Source: Verrucomicrobiota bacterium (lineage in GTDB: Bacteria > Verrucomicrobiota > Verrucomicrobiia > Limisphaerales > UBA11358). Taken from it: a DNA stretch of 64,000 nt. The translations under genes were made by a program, and so were the position numbers. The first letter of the stretch is position 1. The number at the start of each line of letters is the position of its first letter. This document shows positions 61,003 to 64,000 of the stretch, piece by piece. The notes beneath the pieces were generated by a model. It did no database searches, had not been told where the DNA came from, and saw only the letters and a program-made list of their open reading frames with translations. Where the stretch lies: the NCBI GenBank assembly GCA_049509875.1, contig JBEKZM010000016.1, forward strand, positions 5,357 through 69,356, given 5' to 3'.

Positions 61003-63054
61003 TTATCGCGAAGCATCTGTTGAGGGGTTGACGGGCAGCGCTTCGATCACCAGGACCTCAAACGGCTGGAGTTTGAACCTCGTTTCCTCGCCGGCGCGCA
61101 GCCCGGTTACTTCCACGGTCTGATCCTTGAACGGGCTGGCAATGGAATATTTCCGCGGAGCGCCTTCCGGGAGCTCAAATGCCTTCGCCGGATCGATGTT
61201 GATGGTCTGCATTCGCGCGGCCGGATTACGCAGCGTCAAGATGCCCTTTTTCGGCGACCAAGCGGCCCAGCCATAAACTTCGAGGTCGGCCGGCCGGCCG
61301 CCAACCCAGTGGGTATCCACGAGCGTGTCGGCATTGGCGCGCGACCACTTGGCGGCCTCGGCGAGCGTGTCCCAGTTTTCCGGCGTGAGCAGCGAGGGCG
61401 TGATGTACATTTCCTGCAACTGCGTGCCATTGCCGAACATGGCCCGCACTTCGGACCGGAAGATGTTGTTCGTGTCGTAGTTCAGCCCATGGGCCTTGTG
61501 GGCGTAAATGATGCCGTGCAGCATCAGCGAGTTGAGCGGATACAGGTCGCTCCGGCTGACGACCTCGTCATAAACGTCGTTGTCCTTGTAGGAAATCCAG
61601 CGCTCGCGCTCCGGCGCGTCGCCCGGGACAAACGAGTGATCCTCGCCGCCGCGCCAGATGGAATCGGCGTAGAGCAGCCAGAACGGCGACGGCCAGGTGC
61701 CGGTGGTCTGATTGATGTAAATATCCGGTTTGAGCGCGCGCAATTCGCCGATGAGCCGGAGCATCGCGTCAAAATCCCGCTGTGCGCCGCCGCCGCCCGT
61801 GCCGGTGTTTTCGCCGATCCCGTCAAACTTGAACTGGTTGATGCCGTAGTTGGTCACCACGCTCACGCACAGCGAGCGAAAGCGGTCGTAGTATTTCGGT
61901 CCGGCCAGCGAAAAATTTCCATCGCGAATCTCAAAGCCCTGTTCGGTGCCAAAGCGGATCCGGTCCGCATGCGGCTGGCCATAGCCGCCCCACGGCGAAA
62001 GCCAGATGCCGGGCGCGGCGCCGTATTTTGCCGCCGCGTCGCGAATCGGCGCAAACCCGTTCGGGAAATTCGTCCGGTCGAACTGCCAGAGGGTGGCGTC
62101 GTTGTCCCAGCCGTCGTCAAACAAGAACGAATCCAGTTTCACGCCGCGCTTCACCACCAGTTCCTGGCCAAAGGCGTTGATGACGTTCAAGGCGCCGGCT
62201 TCGTTGTACTTGTTGAAATAGCCGAGATCGTACCAGGAATTGTAATGCAGGAAGGGGCGGTACGGATGCGCCCGTTCCCGCTCCAGGTAGCCGAGCAGAA
62301 AACCGCGCCGCGCCTGGCCGGCGGGCACAAAGCCGGTGACCACGGAGGCCGAATAGCTTTCGCCGGCCGGCAACGATGCGCCGCGCGGCAGGAAACAGCG
62401 GACGTACCCCATCTCGCCGCGGTTGATCGACAGGGGGTGCTCAATCCCGAAAAACGCCGTGTCCGTCATCACCGGGGAACCATCCACAGTGCCCGTCGCA
62501 TGCGTGCCGAGCAAGGGCGTCTCCAGCAGCATGATTCCGTTCAGCGGCACATCCCGGTTCTCCGCGTGAAAAACAAACTGCTGCCGGAGATAGCGCGAGC
62601 CGTCGCGCAAGATGGCGTGCCACGTCACCCGGAGGTTGCCGTCGGCGCCGGCCATGTCCGCCGTGAGCTGTTTGCCCGGCAACCGCTCGGCCAGCCGCGA
62701 CGCGTTTGGGTTCGCCGCCAGCCGTTCGAGCCGGACGGAACCCGCGAGCTTGAAATCCGCCGCGTGAATGAAATCGCCGTTGGTCAGCAGCAGGCTGAAC
62801 AGTTCGCCGCCCAGTTTCACGGACTGGCCCGTGCTTTGGTCCTTCAGCGAATCCGGCCAGAGCATGTCGTCCCGGGTCGTGCAGGTGAAGGCCACCCGGT
62901 CATTGGCCAGGGAAAACGGCGCGGCGGACGTCCGAGCGGGCACCAGGCCAAGACACGCGGCCGCCAGCGACCACACCGCCCCGTGAATCCATGATACTGT
63001 GGTTTTCAATTTCCCAGAAGTTAAGCCCGTCCCGTTCTTGACAGAATACCACAT
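61003..63054 (-). CDS. secreted putative glycoside hydrolase (clan GH-D / alpha-galactosidase-like TIM barrel) with an N-terminal beta-sandwich
   Basis: The ATG at 63054 is followed by a signal-like segment (WSLAAACLGLVPARTSAA). The central block HYNSWYDLGYF...LDSFLFDDGWDNDATLWQFD...FPNGFAPI...GIWLSPWGGYG resembles GH27/GH36-type DDGW catalytic regions. The family assignment is tentative. Confidence 0.5.
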   Translation of the reverse strand: MWYSVKNGTGLTSGKLKTTVSWIHGAVWSLAAACLGLVPARTSAAPFSLANDRVAFTCTTRDDMLWPDSLKDQSTGQSVKLGGELFSLLLTNGDFIHAADFKLAGSVRLERLAANPNASRLAERLPGKQLTADMAGADGNLRVTWHAILRDGSRYLRQQFVFHAENRDVPLNGIMLLETPLLGTHATGTVDGSPVMTDTAFFGIEHPLSINRGEMGYVRCFLPRGASLPAGESYSASVVTGFVPAGQARRGFLLGYLERERAHPYRPFLHYNSWYDLGYFNKYNEAGALNVINAFGQELVVKRGVKLDSFLFDDGWDNDATLWQFDRTNFPNGFAPIRDAAAKYGAAPGIWLSPWGGYGQPHADRIRFGTEQGFEIRDGNFSLAGPKYYDRFRSLCVSVVTNYGINQFKFDGIGENTGTGGGGAQRDFDAMLRLIGELRALKPDIYINQTTGTWPSPFWLLYADSIWRGGEDHSFVPGDAPERERWISYKDNDVYDEVVSRSDLYPLNSLMLHGIIYAHKAHGLNYDTNNIFRSEVRAMFGNGTQLQEMYITPSLLTPENWDTLAEAAKWSRANADTLVDTHWVGGRPADLEVYGWAAWSPKKGILTLRNPAARMQTINIDPAKAFELPEGAPRKYSIASPFKDQTVEVTGLRAGEETRFKLQPFEVLVIEALPVNPSTDASR

Positions 63055-63740
63055 TCGGGGGAGCGAAGAGGCGGATTGCCGATTGACGATCGGCGATTGA
63101 CGATTCAAAGGTCCCTCCCTCGACATTTGTAATGGGTTGAGGGAATACGGTCGCGGAGCGACGCCGGAGATTAGCCCGGCACGCAGCGCCGGGTGCCTGG
63201 CGGAAAAGAAAGGCCGTCCTGACGGGGCGGCGGACAAACTAAGGCCCGTTTCGGCATCCTCCGCGCCCGCCCAGGTTGCGACCGCATCCCCGTTGCAATC
63301 TACGTGCGCAACGACAACCGCGCCGCCCGGCTGGTGAAACTCATCGCCACTTGCGGCCCGCTGGACATGGACGACCCGCAACCCGCCATTACCGTGATGC
63401 CGGACGAGGATTGATGCACCGCACAAATTAAACGGCCGGCTGGACTGGAAACGGTTCAGCCGGTTTGCGCTTTGTTGGGGACTCTGCTGCCGTCTCCAAA
63501 CCCCGCCGCCAGAGGCATGGCCACTGGACACGTTCACAACGCTGCGCTGGCTTTATCGCTTCGCGCCCTTTCCGGAGGACGGAAAGGAAAGTGTTTGTTT
63601 GGAAATTTGCCGCCCGTCGCGGCGGCAGGGTTACACCTGATGGCGAAGAATAGGATCACGCCGCAAAATCACCGTAAACAAAACAAACAATGGAAAACCC
63701 AATGGCAAAAAGATGGTGAAGCCATAAACCCAAGTCCATG

Positions 63741-64000
63741 CTAGGCGAGGCCGATCTGCTTCGCCCGCAGAGCGGGGTCCACGAAGACGAACTCTTCAAT
63801 GAGCTCGTCGCCTTCCCACCGGGCCGTCGTGCTGAAGTCGAGGTCGAACGCTTTTCCTGTCGGGGCGATCACCTTGCCGTCGGGCAGCTTCATCTCTCCG
63901 GTGAAGGTTCCGGTGGCGCGGGTGATTACGGTGATCCAGTCGCCGCTTCCAAACTGGGTTGGGTATGGATCATTGTGAATGTGGATGTCGGGGAACACGC
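63741..64000 (-). CDS. SnoaL-like / ester-cyclase (NTF2 superfamily) protein, 5' end outside the window
   Basis: The C-terminal 85 aa ...GDWITVITRATGTFTGEMKLPDGKVIAPTGKAFDLDFSTTARWEGDELIEEFVFVD... match the typical ester-cyclase pattern. The ORF is open to the window edge. Confidence 0.6.
   Translation of the reverse strand, partial: VFPDIHIHNDPYPTQFGSGDWITVITRATGTFTGEMKLPDGKVIAPTGKAFDLDFSTTARWEGDELIEEFVFVDPALRAKQIGLA

Noticed and set aside
63223-63414. Frame-1 open stretch encoding ...RIPVAIYVRNDNRAARLVKLIATCGPLDMDDPQPAITVMPDED, which looks protein-like
   Set aside because: There is no ATG, GTG or TTG start until 36 codons before the stop, and an in-frame TGA lies at 63220. At most it is a gene remnant, and I cannot assign it to a family.

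Overview
High-GC (by eye above 60%) bacterial chromosomal segment with about 45 credible protein-coding genes. I recognise no rRNA, tRNA or CRISPR array. The gene content and repeat style suggest a PVC-superphylum, Verrucomicrobiota-like genome (inference). The clues are a prepilin-type FTLIELL protein, many secreted CAZymes, and GC-rich palindromic intergenic repeats that translate to TGKMPMPL / GTGFQPV / CGSQTRAP-like peptides. Gene blocks: (1) 0-8 kb: methyltransferase, HtrA protease, a 1113-aa CBM9-like/transglutaminase/esterase fusion, GT9, USP. (2) 8.5-12 kb: GT2/GT2/GT9/GT2 envelope-glycan cluster. (3) 12-15.6 kb, minus strand: class I glutamine amidotransferase, sigma54 activator, secreted protein, Zn-ribbon protein. 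(4) 16-22 kb: APS-kinase-like protein, methyltransferase, membrane-anchored APH-like kinase, secreted beta-propeller phosphoesterase. (5) GH44 and modBC. (6) An orphan gene with AT-rich flanks and inverted sequence boxes. (7) FmdB-like Zn ribbon, priA, DUF374 acyltransferase, ruvA, ruvC. (8) Hybrid histidine kinase, msrB, addB-like nuclease. (9) TetR + RND + EmrAB-like efflux operon. (10) Phosphohexomutase, beta-helix protein, prolyl oligopeptidase, GH35, DUF3472-like protein, pilin-like protein, alpha-galactosidase-like hydrolase. Observations most worth follow-up: the 16-22 kb kinase/methyltransferase/phosphoesterase cassette; a 130-bp AT-rich MITE-like insertion with a 13-bp duplication nested in a GC-rich repeat; in-frame colonisation of priA (and probably addB) by the same palindromic repeats seen in intergenic DNA; and the orphan gene bracketed by inverted TTTTGGGTTCG boxes. 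The many long ORFs antisense to real genes are treated as high-GC artefacts. All functional calls come from motif recognition by eye, not database searches.
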